Assembly (NCBI RefSeq): GCF_000022265.1 | Contig: NC_011979.1 | Coordinates: 1,800,001 to 1,832,000, forward strand | Direction of reading: 5' to 3' | Length of the DNA stretch: 32,000 bases | From: Geotalea daltonii FRC-32 | GTDB lineage: Bacteria > Desulfobacterota > Desulfuromonadia > Geobacterales > Geobacteraceae | Part shown: positions 1 to 8,999 of the stretch, in pieces | How positions within the stretch are numbered: the stretch's first letter is position 1 | Layout: each line of letters opens with the position of its first letter | Translations under genes and position numbers: made by a program | The notes under the pieces: generated by a model | Seen by the model: the letters and a program-made list of their open reading frames with translations, nothing else | The model's database searches: none | Told to the model about the DNA's origin: nothing

Positions 1-2
1 AA

Positions 3-152
3 GTTACCCAGATCGGCAAAGAGTGCCATACCCGCTGTGCCATCTACTACCAGGCCGGTGACTGCGTCATGCCCAAGGAAGGGATCTTTGCCAGGGTCAT
101 TACCGGCGGCACGATCAAGCCCGGTGATGGGATTGCGGTGAAGGAGCGTTGA
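3..152 (+). CDS. MOSC-domain protein, C-terminal 49 codons (5' end outside window)
   Basis: Frame 3 reads without stops as VTQIGKECHTRCAIYYQAGDCVMPKEGIFARVITGGTIKPGDGIAVKER, with stop TGA at 150-152. The QIGKECH..C...GDC.MP.EGIF...GG.I..GD pattern is typical of small molybdenum cofactor sulfurase C-terminal (MOSC) domain proteins. Too short to appear in the ORF track. Confidence 0.55.
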   Translation, partial: VTQIGKECHTRCAIYYQAGDCVMPKEGIFARVITGGTIKPGDGIAVKER

Positions 153-234
153 TTGGTGATTGGTGATTGGTGATTGGTGAGGTGGTAACTTCGAACTTCG
201 AACTTCGAACCTAGAACCTAGAACCTAGAACCTG
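150..234. repeat. Back-to-back tandem heptamer arrays: TGATTGG x4 (+TGA), AACTTCG x3, AACCTAG x3 (+AACCTG)
   Basis: Read directly: units at 150,157,164,171 (TGATTGG); 187,194,201 (AACTTCG); 208,215,222 (AACCTAG). The first TGA is the stop of the + strand MOSC gene. CTA at 225-227 is the TAG stop of the - strand kinase gene. Confidence 0.95.
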
Positions 235-2216
235 CCTTTAATAGGCAGCGAAACCTTAAAGGTGCTTCCTTTCCCCGCTTTGCTTTCTACCCGAATTGTC
301 CCGCCGTGGTCATTGACGATACCGTATGATACTGACAGGCCCAACCCCGTGCCGTTTGCCTTGGTGGTAAAGAAGGGGTTGAATATCTGCTGTAGATTAT
401 CTGCCTCTATGCCGGTGCCGGTGTCGGCAATCATTATCTCTGTCTGCTCCCGTTGACGGTCCAGCTGAGTTCTTACCGTCAGGATACCCCCCTTGTCCAT
501 CGCCTGAATCGCATTTAGCACCAGATTCGTCAAAACCTGTCGGATCTGTTCACTGTCCCCCTCCAGGATGGGCAACCCCGGCTCATATTCCTTGATAATA
601 CGGATATGGGAAAGGGGCACCTGGTGCACGATCTGAGCGAGAATTTCCTCCATCAGCTCATTGACCCGCACGTGCCCCAGCTGTTTCTTTTCCTGGCGGG
701 CGAATCTGAGCAGGTTGCCGACGATGCGCTCCACTCGCCCCACCTGCTGATAAATGGTATCCACCTCGTCCCGGTTGTCCGCCCCTTCCGGCACCGACAT
801 CTGCAGCAATTCCGTGTTGCCCCGGATGATGGCCATGGGGTTGTTGATCTCATGGGCAACGCCGGCGGCCAGCTCGCCGATGGCGGCAAGTTTCTCCGCC
901 CGGACCAGTTCTTCCCTGGCCTTCACCAGCAGCCGGTTCTTCTCCTCCAGTTCTGCCGTTCGCTCCCGGACCTTGTTTTCCAATCCCCTGTTCAGCTCCC
1001 TGATATCATCCTCGCGCTGCATCAGAGCCCGGTTCATCTGGTTGAATTCCTCTGCCAGATCCCCCAGTTCATCCCGGCTGGATATCAGGCACTGCACATC
1101 CCGTTCCCCCGCAGCCACGCGCCGTGCCGCATTTTCCAGTTCCTTGACCGGTTTTGCCAGGCGGGCCGCCAACCAACCTGCTACGGCAATGCCGATCACC
1201 GCTCCCACCAGCAGGACGCCGCTGAAGAGGAGTCCCAGCCTAAACTTGATGGCGGTGTATGGCTTCTCAAGCATCCCCACATAGAGGGAGCCGAGGGGGA
1301 CGCCATCGACGGAGAGGATCGGTTCATAGGCGGTAAAATACCAGTCATTGACGACGAAGGCCCGGTCGATCCATTTTTCCTTGTGCAGGATGACCCGATT
1401 ATAGACCTCTTCCGAAAGCCGGGTGCCGATTGCGCGCGATCCGCCTGAGGTCAGGACGTTGGTGGCGATGCGCAGGTCGCCGAGAAAGATGGTGGCGCTC
1501 CCCACGTCCTTGCCATCGGCCTTCACCCCTTCGTAGACGATGCTCTTGATCTTGTCCACCAGGCTATTGTTCTTGTTGAGGAGGACGCCGCCGCAGAGGG
1601 CGCCGATAATCCGCCCTGCGCCGTCCCTGACCGGTGCGGCGGCAATGAGCATCATTCCGGCCCGTTCCATGGTCTCGGTGGTGGGCCGTGCATGGGGGGT
1701 GGAGAGGATGGGTATGGTAGCTTGTTCTGCCAGCTGATTTCCTTCCATGGCCATGGCCTCGGCCGACACGATCCAGGTACCGGCAATGATTTCCCCCTTG
1801 AGGGCACGGGTGATGACCGGGTTACGGGACTTGTCGTCACTGGAGGCGGCCGGGTTGTTGGCGCGGTACAGGACTCTGCCCTGGGCATCCAGCGCCATGA
1901 ACAGATCAAGCTGCTCTGTCTGCCTCAGGGGGGCGAGAATGCCGGCCAGCACCTCCCTGTTGCCGTGGAGGGCTGCGGCGGTGTAGGGGGCGGAAGCTGT
2001 AAACCTGACCACGTCGCGGATGTGGCCCACTTCGTGGAGGTAGACCTCGCGAGCGGCGTTCAGGTCATTGCGCACCTTTTCCTGGGCTTGCCTGACGACC
2101 CTGGTGTTGAGGATGAACACCCCGGCAAGCCAGCAGATAAGGATAGCCACGGCGATGGGAATGAGAATGGCGATGGACAGCTTTCTTTTGATGGAGAAGC
2201 GCTTCTGCTGCGGCAA
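225..2216 (-). CDS. Sensor histidine kinase (TM, Cache-like extracytoplasmic domain, TM, HAMP, HisKA, HATPase)
   Basis: 663-aa ORF with a TTG start at 2216 preceded by AAGGAG. It has an N-terminal TM helix, a ~280-aa sensor region, a second TM, an H-box (GVAHEINNP) and N/G boxes (NLVLNAIQA, DTGTGI, GTGLGLS). It begins 3 nt after the upstream response regulator gene ends. Confidence 0.9.
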   Translation of the reverse strand: MPQQKRFSIKRKLSIAILIPIAVAILICWLAGVFILNTRVVRQAQEKVRNDLNAAREVYLHEVGHIRDVVRFTASAPYTAAALHGNREVLAGILAPLRQTEQLDLFMALDAQGRVLYRANNPAASSDDKSRNPVITRALKGEIIAGTWIVSAEAMAMEGNQLAEQATIPILSTPHARPTTETMERAGMMLIAAAPVRDGAGRIIGALCGGVLLNKNNSLVDKIKSIVYEGVKADGKDVGSATIFLGDLRIATNVLTSGGSRAIGTRLSEEVYNRVILHKEKWIDRAFVVNDWYFTAYEPILSVDGVPLGSLYVGMLEKPYTAIKFRLGLLFSGVLLVGAVIGIAVAGWLAARLAKPVKELENAARRVAAGERDVQCLISSRDELGDLAEEFNQMNRALMQREDDIRELNRGLENKVRERTAELEEKNRLLVKAREELVRAEKLAAIGELAAGVAHEINNPMAIIRGNTELLQMSVPEGADNRDEVDTIYQQVGRVERIVGNLLRFARQEKKQLGHVRVNELMEEILAQIVHQVPLSHIRIIKEYEPGLPILEGDSEQIRQVLTNLVLNAIQAMDKGGILTVRTQLDRQREQTEIMIADTGTGIEADNLQQIFNPFFTTKANGTGLGLSVSYGIVNDHGGTIRVESKAGKGSTFKVSLPIKGRF

Positions 2217-2219
2217 TGG

Positions 2220-3602
2220 TTACTCTCCTTCGGGCTTCAGCCCGAATTCCGCAATCTTGCGGTCGAGGGTCTTGCGGGAAATACCGAGAATTTCGGCAGT
2301 CCTGCTCTTATGAAAGCCGGTCCGCGCCAGCGTCTGCCGGATGTGCTCCCGTTCCACATTCTCCAGGGAGACCAACTGGTGGCTTGACAGGGCAGATGCC
2401 GGCCCAGTTGCAGCGGTCGATGCAACATTTTTCTTCCACATGGGCAGGTGGTCGGTGGTGACCACGCCGCTGCGGGCCAGTATCACCGCCCGCTCGACGA
2501 CGTTTTCCAATTCCCGGATATTGCCCGGCCAGCTATAGCCCAGCATCAGGTCCAGCGCTTCCCTGGTGAAGCGGTCGACCTCTTTGTTCATGCGCTGGTT
2601 GTACTTTCTCAGGAAATGGCGGGCCAGGGGCTCGATGTCCTCTTTCCGTTCTCTGAGCGGCGGCAGGGGTATGGAGATGACATTCAGCCGGTAATAGAGG
2701 TCCTCCCGGAACCTTCCCTCGGCCACCTCCTTCTCCAGGTTCTTGTTGGTGGCGGCAACGAAGCGGATGTCCACCTTCTTCGCCCTGGTCGCCCCCACCG
2801 GAATGAAATCTCCCTCCTGGATCACCCTGAGCAGCTTGGCCTGCAGCATCAGGCTCATGTCACCGATCTCGTCCATGAAGAGGGTGCCGCTGTCCGCCTC
2901 TTCCAGGAGCCCTTTCTGGTTGGTGGTGGCGCCGGTGAAGGCGCCGCGCACATGGCCGAAGAGCTGCGATTCCAGGAGCGTATCGGACAGGGCGGCGCAG
3001 TTGATGGAAAGAATGCGCCGTCCCCTGCGCTTGCTGTGCCGGTGAATGGCGCCGGCAATGAGTTCCTTTCCCGTCCCCGATTCGCCGAGGATGAGGATGT
3101 TTGCCTCGCTGGCCGCTACCTCCAGGGTCAACTCGTAGACTTCGCGGAAGCGGTCGCTGGCAAAGACGATGGCGTCCGTCAGGGTAACCTTCCCCAGTTC
3201 CTCCTTAAGCTGCTGATTCTCCTTGCGCAGAAGTTCCCGCTCCAGAACATTTTCCAGTACGCCCAGGATCTTTTCCTTGGGAAAGGGCTTGGTCACGTAA
3301 TCGTAGGCCCCCAGTTTCATGGCCTCAACCGCGGCATCGATAGTGCCGAAGGCGGTCATGATAACTACCGGCAGCCCGGGGCGGAGCTTTTTCACTTCCT
3401 GCAGGATCTGGAGCCCATCCATGTCAGGCATTTTCACGTCCTGCAGCAACAGGTCGGCATTGGGCCCTTGCTGCAGCCGGGCAAGGAGCATCTTTCCGGA
3501 GGTGAATGTTTCAACGACCAACCCCTGAGACTCCAGGAGCTTTTTCATATATTTGAGGATGCCCTCTTCGTCATCGCAGATGAAAATTCTTGTCTCTGAC
3601 AT
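2220..3602 (-). CDS. Sigma-54-dependent response regulator (NtrC family: REC + AAA+ + Fis-type HTH)
   Basis: Has a REC domain (LLLQDVKMPDMDG), Walker A GESGTGKE, the GAFTGA sigma-54 contact loop and a C-terminal HTH (RTAEILGISRKTLDRKI). The preferred start is ATG 3602 (MSETRIFICDDE) behind GGAG. The track start at 3647 adds 15 residues with no evident SD. Confidence 0.9.
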   Translation of the reverse strand: MSETRIFICDDEEGILKYMKKLLESQGLVVETFTSGKMLLARLQQGPNADLLLQDVKMPDMDGLQILQEVKKLRPGLPVVIMTAFGTIDAAVEAMKLGAYDYVTKPFPKEKILGVLENVLERELLRKENQQLKEELGKVTLTDAIVFASDRFREVYELTLEVAASEANILILGESGTGKELIAGAIHRHSKRRGRRILSINCAALSDTLLESQLFGHVRGAFTGATTNQKGLLEEADSGTLFMDEIGDMSLMLQAKLLRVIQEGDFIPVGATRAKKVDIRFVAATNKNLEKEVAEGRFREDLYYRLNVISIPLPPLRERKEDIEPLARHFLRKYNQRMNKEVDRFTREALDLMLGYSWPGNIRELENVVERAVILARSGVVTTDHLPMWKKNVASTAATGPASALSSHQLVSLENVEREHIRQTLARTGFHKSRTAEILGISRKTLDRKIAEFGLKPEGE

Positions 3603-3685
3603 GTAGTTGCACTCCATACTCCCCTCGCATCCCCCCCTACTCTGCATGGGGATGCGAACGTACGTGAACAGGAGGGTGAAATAAT

Positions 3686-3702
3686 TGTGTCAAAATGATA
3701 CA
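3686..3702. promoter_or_regulatory. Imperfect inverted repeat TGTGTCA-N3-TGATACA, candidate activator (UAS) site
   Basis: Half-sites match 6/7 as reverse complements. The repeat lies ~130 bp upstream of the -24/-12 promoter, a typical distance for bEBP binding sites. Function is inferred only. Confidence 0.25.
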
Positions 3703-3811
3703 TGAGATGGACAGAACAGCGCAAGACAACTTTTCTTCCCGCTACCGATGTTCTTCCCGGCATAACAAAAAGAGGAGGTATTCCAGCTAGTTGAACCCCT
3801 TCGGATCATTT

Positions 3812-3827
3812 TGTAAACGTGTAAACG
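3812..3827 (+). promoter_or_regulatory. Tandem TGTAAACG x2 abutting the -24 element; inverted copies lie downstream at 3873-3880 and 3900-3906
   Basis: Read directly: TGTAAACGTGTAAACG at 3812-3827, TGTTTACA at 3873-3880 and CGTTTAC at 3900-3906 (reverse complements). The binding factor is unknown. Confidence 0.35.
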
Positions 3828-3830
3828 TAT

Positions 3831-3845
3831 TGGCACGGCTGTTGC
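3831..3845 (+). promoter_or_regulatory. Sigma-54 (-24/-12) promoter TGGCACGGCTGTTGC for fdh cluster 1
   Basis: Exact match to the TGGCAC-N5-TTGC consensus with canonical GG-to-GC spacing. It lies 83 nt upstream of the fdnG ATG, and an NtrC-type activator gene is divergently adjacent. Confidence 0.8.
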
Positions 3846-3927
3846 CGTATACGGCTCGGTTGAAGCCACATTTGTTTACAGAACGCAGAACGTCTTGCAC
3901 GTTTACTTATCATGGAAGGGAGCACAT

Positions 3928-6900
3928 ATGGCAGTTTCACGAAGACAATTCCTGCAGGGGGGCGCATTGGCAGCGGCAGGGCTGGCGCTTACCGGCAAGC
4001 CCGGGGAGGCAAGCGTCGATGCGCCCCAGATGCGGACCAAGGGCCTGAAGTCATCCACCACCATCTGCCCGTTCTGCGCCGTCGGCTGCGGTCTGATCGT
4101 CCACACCCGGAACGGCAAGATCGTCAATATCGAAGGAGACCCGGATCACCCCATCAACCATGGGGCGCTCTGTCCCAAGGGGGGCGCCCTGTTTCAGATC
4201 GCTAACAACGAGCGGCGTCTGCAGAAGGTCATGTACCGTGCCCCCCGTTCCGACAAATGGGAAGAAAAGTCCTGGGATTGGGCACTGGAGCGGATCGCCA
4301 AAAACATGAAGGAAACCCGAGACAAGACCTTCAAGACGACAGAGATCAACAAGAAGGACAATAAAGAGTACCTGGTGAACAGGACCGAGGGGCTTGCTTT
4401 TTTCGGTGGCGCAGGGTTGGACAACGAGGAATGCTACCTCTGGTCCAAGTTTGGCCGGGCCATGGGTGTGGCTAACCTGGAACACCAGGCCCGACTTTGA
4501 CACAGTGCTACAGTCGCCGGTCTGGCGGCTTCATTCGGTCGTGGTGCCATGACCAATCACTGGATTGACCTGAAGAACTCCGATGCCATTCTGGCCATCG
4601 GCTGCAACCCGGCCGAGAACCATCCTATCTCCTTCAAATGGATCGAGGAGTCACTGGATAACGGCGGCAAGCTCATTGCCGTCGATCCCCGTTTTACCCG
4701 GACCGCCTCAAAGGCGGACATTTATGCCCAGATCCGGCCGGGCACCGATATCGCCTTTCTCGGCGGGCTGATCAACTATGCCCTCAGCCATAACCTGATC
4801 CACCAGGAATACGTGCGGGAGTACACCAACGCCACCTTCATCGTCAACGATAAGTTCGATTTCGAACAGGGAATGTTCTGCGGCTTTGACGACACGGAGA
4901 AGAGCTACGATTTAAAGATGCTTGCCTATGAGCTGGACGGTGCCGGCAACCCGAAGCAGGACCGCTCCATGCAGCATCCCCGCTCCGTTTTCCAGCTGAT
5001 GCGTAAGCACTTCTTCCGTTATGACGTGAATACCGTCTGCGCCATCACCGGCACGAAAAAGGACGAGTACCTGAATGTAGCCAAGACTTTTTGTGGCACC
5101 GGCCGTCCCGACAAGGCCGGGACCATCCTCTACGCCATGGGCATCACCCAGTCTACCCACGGCACCCAGAACGTGCGTGCCATATCAATGCTGCAGATGC
5201 TCCTGGGCAACATCGGCATCGCCGGCGGCGGCATCAATGCCCTGCGCGGCGAGAGCAACGTCCAGGGTTCCACCGACTACGGGCTCCTCTTCCACATCCT
5301 GCCGGGCTACCTGAAATCCCCGGAGTTCGACAACGTGGACCTGAAGACCTACCTGGAGAAATGGACCCCCAAAACCAAGGACAAGAAGAGCGCCAACTGG
5401 TGGGGCAACACGCCGAAATATACGGTGAGCCTCCTGAAGGCCTGGTACGGCGACAACGCCACAAGGGACAACGACTTCTGCTACAGCTATCTCCCCAAGC
5501 GGAGCGGCAACTACTCCTATATGAAACTGATCGAGAAGATGGGCAAGGGGGAACTGGAGGGGCTGGTCTGCATGGGCATGAACCCGGCCATGGGGGGGCC
5601 CGACTCCACCAATGCCAGGGATGCCCTGGGCAAACTGAAATGGCTGGTCACCGTGGACCTGTGGGAAACGGAGACCTCCATCTTCTGGAAGCGCCCCGGC
5701 GTTGACCCGAAGAAAATTGATACTGAAGTATTCATGCTTCCTGCCGCCTCCAGCGTGGAAAAGGAAGGTTCCATTTCCAACTCGGGCCGCTGGGCCCAGT
5801 GGCGCTACAAGGCCCAGGAGCCGGTAGGCGAATCCAGGAGCGACCTGCACATCATCCACGAGTTCTTCACCAGGGTCAGGGACCTCTACAAGAAGGAAGG
5901 GGGCGCCTTTCCCGAGCCGATTACCAAGCTCGCCTGGAACTACGGCACCGGCCATGAGCCCGATGTGCACCAGGTGGCCAAGGAGATCAACGGCTACTTC
6001 ACGAAAGACATGACCATCAAGGACAAGGACAAGACCCTTGAATTCAAGGCAGGGGATCAGGTCCCCATGTTCAAGTACCTCCAGGACGATGGCTCCACCG
6101 TCTCCGGCTGCTGGATCTACTGCGGTTCCTATACCAAGGAAGGCAACCAGATGGCCCGCCGCGATGCCAGCGATCCCACCGGCCTCGGCCTTTTCCCCAA
6201 ATGGTCCTGGTGCTGGCCGGTCAACCGCCGCATCATTTACAACCGCGCCTCGGTCAATCCCGACGGTGTTCCCTTCAATCCCAAGCGGGTGGTGATCGCC
6301 TGGGACGGGCTGGAGAAGAAGTGGCAGGGGGATGTGCCTGACGGGCCGTGGCCTCCCATGAACGACGACAAGGAGGGGAAATATCCCTTCATCATGCTGG
6401 CCGAGGGGCATGCCCGTCTCTACGGCCTGGATCTGAAAGATGGCCCGTTCCCCGAGCACTACGAGCCGGTGGAGAGCCCGGCCAGGAACCTTTTGTCGCC
6501 GGTGCAGAACAACCCGGTGGTCAAACTGCCGAAGAACGTCTCCTCCGATCTGGCGAAATTCCCGTATATCGGCACCACCTACCGGGTCACCGAGCACTGG
6601 CAGGCCGGGGCCATGACCCGCAACCTCCCCTGGCTGGTGGAACTGGTGCCCGACATGTTCGTGGAACTCTCGGAAACCCTGGCCAAAGAGAAGGGAATCC
6701 ACCAGGGGGACAAGGTGAGAATCAGCACCGTGCGCGGCACCATCGAAGCGACGGCGCTGGTGACGGCACGGCTCAAACCATTCAATGTTGATGGAAAAAT
6801 GATCGAGCAGGTGGGGATGCCTTGGCACTTCGGCTATGCGGGCCTGGCCAAGGGGGACAGCGGCAACGTCCTGACCCCGTCCGTTGGCTGCGCCAATACC

Positions 6901-6960
6901 AGTATTCCCGAATTCAAGGCATTTCTCTGTAACATCGAAAAAGGAGGTAAACGCTCATGA
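3928..6960 (+). CDS. fdnG: Formate dehydrogenase catalytic (alpha) subunit, TAT-exported, selenocysteine at TGA 4498-4500
   Basis: Starts at ATG 3928 behind GGAAGGGAG, with twin-arginine signal MAVSRRQFLQGGALAAAGLA. Track ORFs 3895..4500 and 4549..6960 share a frame and are split only by TGA within EHQARL-U-HSATVAGLAASFGRGAMTNHW, the conserved Sec position of FdnG-type enzymes. An N-terminal Fe-S motif CPFCAVGCG...CPKG is present. Confidence 0.95.
4513..4529 (+). other. Candidate SECIS apical hairpin (GUCGCC-GGUCU-GGCGGC) downstream of the Sec UGA
   Basis: A 6-bp stem (one G-U pair) with a GGUCU loop begins 13 nt after the UGA. This resembles the position and GGUC-type loop of bacterial SECIS elements. 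Hand-folded only. Confidence 0.4.
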
Positions 6961-7811
6961 GTGGCGAGAAGACGGATTTCAACAGCAGCGGAGCGTTCCT
7001 CATCGACATGACCAAGTGTACCGGCTGTCGGGGCTGCCAGGTGGCCTGCAAACAGTGGAACCAGCTGAAAGCAGAGAATACCAAATTTTTCAACGGCGAG
7101 GGGTATCAGAACCCTCCCGCCATGTCCGAACATACTTTTACGCGGATCAAGTTCCGCGACTACCAGAAAAACGGCCAGAACGAGTTCGCCTTCTACAAGG
7201 AGATGTGCATGCACTGCAATGACCCGGCATGCGCCTCCGTCTGTCCGGTCGGCGCCTTCAATAAAACCAAGGAAGGGCCGGTGGTGTACGACACCAAGCG
7301 CTGCATCGGTTGTCGCTTCTGCATGGTGGCCTGCCCCTTCGGCGTCCCCAAGTACGAGTGGAGCAAGGCTTTCCCCCTGGTGAAAAAATGCACAGGCTGC
7401 TACAGCAGGATCAGGGCAGGCCATAAACCTGCCTGCGCCACCGCCTGTCCGTCTGCCATTACCTACGGGCCACGGGCTGACATGCTCAAGGAGGCGGAAC
7501 GGCGCATTGCCGCCCGTCCTGAGCGGTATCTCAACAAAATTTATGGCAAGGAAGAGGCGGGTGGCACCAGTGTCATTTACCTGACCGCGCTCCCCTTCGA
7601 CGAGCTCGGTTTCAAGCAGGTAACCAAGCGGCCGCTTCCCTCCTACACCTGGCAGGCACTGCGCCTGGTGCCGGGGGTCTTCCTCACCGTCGGCGGCTCC
7701 CTGTCGCTCCTTTCCTGGTTCACCCACCGGAAAGACCGGCTGAAAAAGGAAGAAGAGCAGCGACAGGCCTGCAAACACCAGACGAAGGAGGATCATCATG
7801 ACTGCTGCTAA
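6957..7811 (+). CDS. fdnH: Formate dehydrogenase iron-sulfur (beta) subunit, 4x[4Fe-4S] with C-terminal TM anchor
   Basis: ATGA overlap with the fdnG stop. Has ferredoxin-type cysteine clusters (CTGCRGCQVAC, CMHCNDPACASVCP, CIGCRFCMVACP, CTGC...CATACP) and a hydrophobic C-terminal helix (LVPGVFLTVGGSLSLLSWF). Confidence 0.9.
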   Translation: MSGEKTDFNSSGAFLIDMTKCTGCRGCQVACKQWNQLKAENTKFFNGEGYQNPPAMSEHTFTRIKFRDYQKNGQNEFAFYKEMCMHCNDPACASVCPVGAFNKTKEGPVVYDTKRCIGCRFCMVACPFGVPKYEWSKAFPLVKKCTGCYSRIRAGHKPACATACPSAITYGPRADMLKEAERRIAARPERYLNKIYGKEEAGGTSVIYLTALPFDELGFKQVTKRPLPSYTWQALRLVPGVFLTVGGSLSLLSWFTHRKDRLKKEEEQRQACKHQTKEDHHDCC

Positions 7812-8994
7812 ACTGATAATCAACGAGATCAAGGGCTACCACCGCTTCCTCAAGTTCCTCATGGTGCTGGTTGGCCTCGGCGCCCTGGCGTCCCTGGCCC
7901 GCTTCATTTTTGGACTCGGAGTCACCACCAACCTGAACGACACCTATCCATGGGGGCTGTGGATCTCCTTCGACGTGGTCACCGCCGTTCCCCTGGCCGC
8001 CGGCGCCTTCACCCTGGGGGCCATCACCCACTGCTTTCACATCAAAAAACTGGAGCCGTTGGTGCGGCCCGCCATTGTCACCGGCTTCCTCGGCTACTCG
8101 CTGGTGAGCGTGGGACTGTTGCTGGATCTTGGACAGCCCCAGCGTTGCTGGCACACCATGGTCTTCTGGAACCCCCATTCCCCAATGTTTGAAGTTTCCA
8201 TGTGCATCATGGCCTACACCACGGTGCTTTTCCTGGAGTTTTTGTCGCCGGTCTGCGAGAAACTGGGCTATTACCTGCCGCTCAGGGTGCTCCGAACCCT
8301 GGAGATGCCGCTGGTGGTAGCTGCAGCCGCCATCTCCACTTTGCACCAATCGTCCCTGGGGACCTTTTTCCTCATTGCCGTAGATAAGCTGCACAGCCTC
8401 TGGTATAACCCGCTCTTGCCGCTCTTGTTCTGGATCTCGGCCATTTTCAGCGGCCTGTCCATCATCATCCTCGAAGCAACCATGACTCACAAGTGGCTGG
8501 GGCAGGAGGATGAGTCCGAACTGCTGGAGACCCTGGCCAAGATCATCCCGTGGGTGATCGGGGTCTACATCCTGGTCAAGGTCTATGCCCTGGTTTTTCT
8601 CAGCCAGGGCCCGTTCTTCGATAGGCCCGGCATGTTGATTCTCTTCGGCGTCGAGGTGGTGATAGGTGTCTTCGTGCCGTTCTTCATGTTCCTGCAACAA
8701 AGAGTGCGCAGCGACAACCGGCTCCGGGCCATCGCAGCCGGTCTGGTCATCTTCGGCCTGGTGGTCAACCGCTTCAACGTCTCCATGTACGGCATGATCC
8801 ACGAAGGGGCAGCCTACGTGCCGTCGCTCCTGGAGACGATGGTGACCATCGGCATCATTGCCGCGGAGATTCTCTTCTTCGTCCTCATCGCCAAGTACTT
8901 CCCCATTTTCGAGCACCATCCGGAGACGGTAGATTACTCCCTGCCGGACAAATTCCGCAAGGTGGAGAAGGGCGTAGTGGCGGTGGAAAGCTGA
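7798..8994 (+). CDS. NrfD/PsrC-family polytopic membrane subunit (quinone-interacting anchor of fdh cluster 1)
   Basis: 398 aa, with ATG behind GAAGGAGGA and a 14-nt overlap with fdnH. Highly hydrophobic with ~8-10 predicted helices. The N-terminus LNDTYPWGLWISFDV is typical of polysulfide reductase NrfD-type proteins. Confidence 0.8.
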   Translation: MTAAKLIINEIKGYHRFLKFLMVLVGLGALASLARFIFGLGVTTNLNDTYPWGLWISFDVVTAVPLAAGAFTLGAITHCFHIKKLEPLVRPAIVTGFLGYSLVSVGLLLDLGQPQRCWHTMVFWNPHSPMFEVSMCIMAYTTVLFLEFLSPVCEKLGYYLPLRVLRTLEMPLVVAAAAISTLHQSSLGTFFLIAVDKLHSLWYNPLLPLLFWISAIFSGLSIIILEATMTHKWLGQEDESELLETLAKIIPWVIGVYILVKVYALVFLSQGPFFDRPGMLILFGVEVVIGVFVPFFMFLQQRVRSDNRLRAIAAGLVIFGLVVNRFNVSMYGMIHEGAAYVPSLLETMVTIGIIAAEILFFVLIAKYFPIFEHHPETVDYSLPDKFRKVEKGVVAVES

Positions 8995-8999
8995 CTGTT

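Noticed and set aside
150-234. Heptamer arrays as CRISPR arrays (also 27465-27518 and 30509-30571)
   Set aside because: The units are only 7 nt and directly abut with no spacers, and no cas genes are in the window. These are microsatellite-type tandem repeats.
4498-4500. TGA read as a true stop, making fdnG-1 two genes or a pseudogene (same at 15406-15408)
   Set aside because: The flanking ORFs are in the same frame, and the UGA sits at the conserved selenocysteine position (HQAR[LI]-U-HSATVA...FGRGAMTNHW). Recoding is the better explanation.
5185-6828. 547-aa ORF on the - strand (similar cases at 16552..17835, 7720..8919, 6834..7832, 27421..28773, 25010..26092, 29831..30703, and 606..1448, 1692..2387 and 2448..3599 on the + strand)
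   Set aside because: Each lies fully antisense to a gene with strong, motif-supported homology. Their translations are low-complexity and rich in R/G/P/A/H, as expected of shadow ORFs in GC-rich DNA, and none has an SD.
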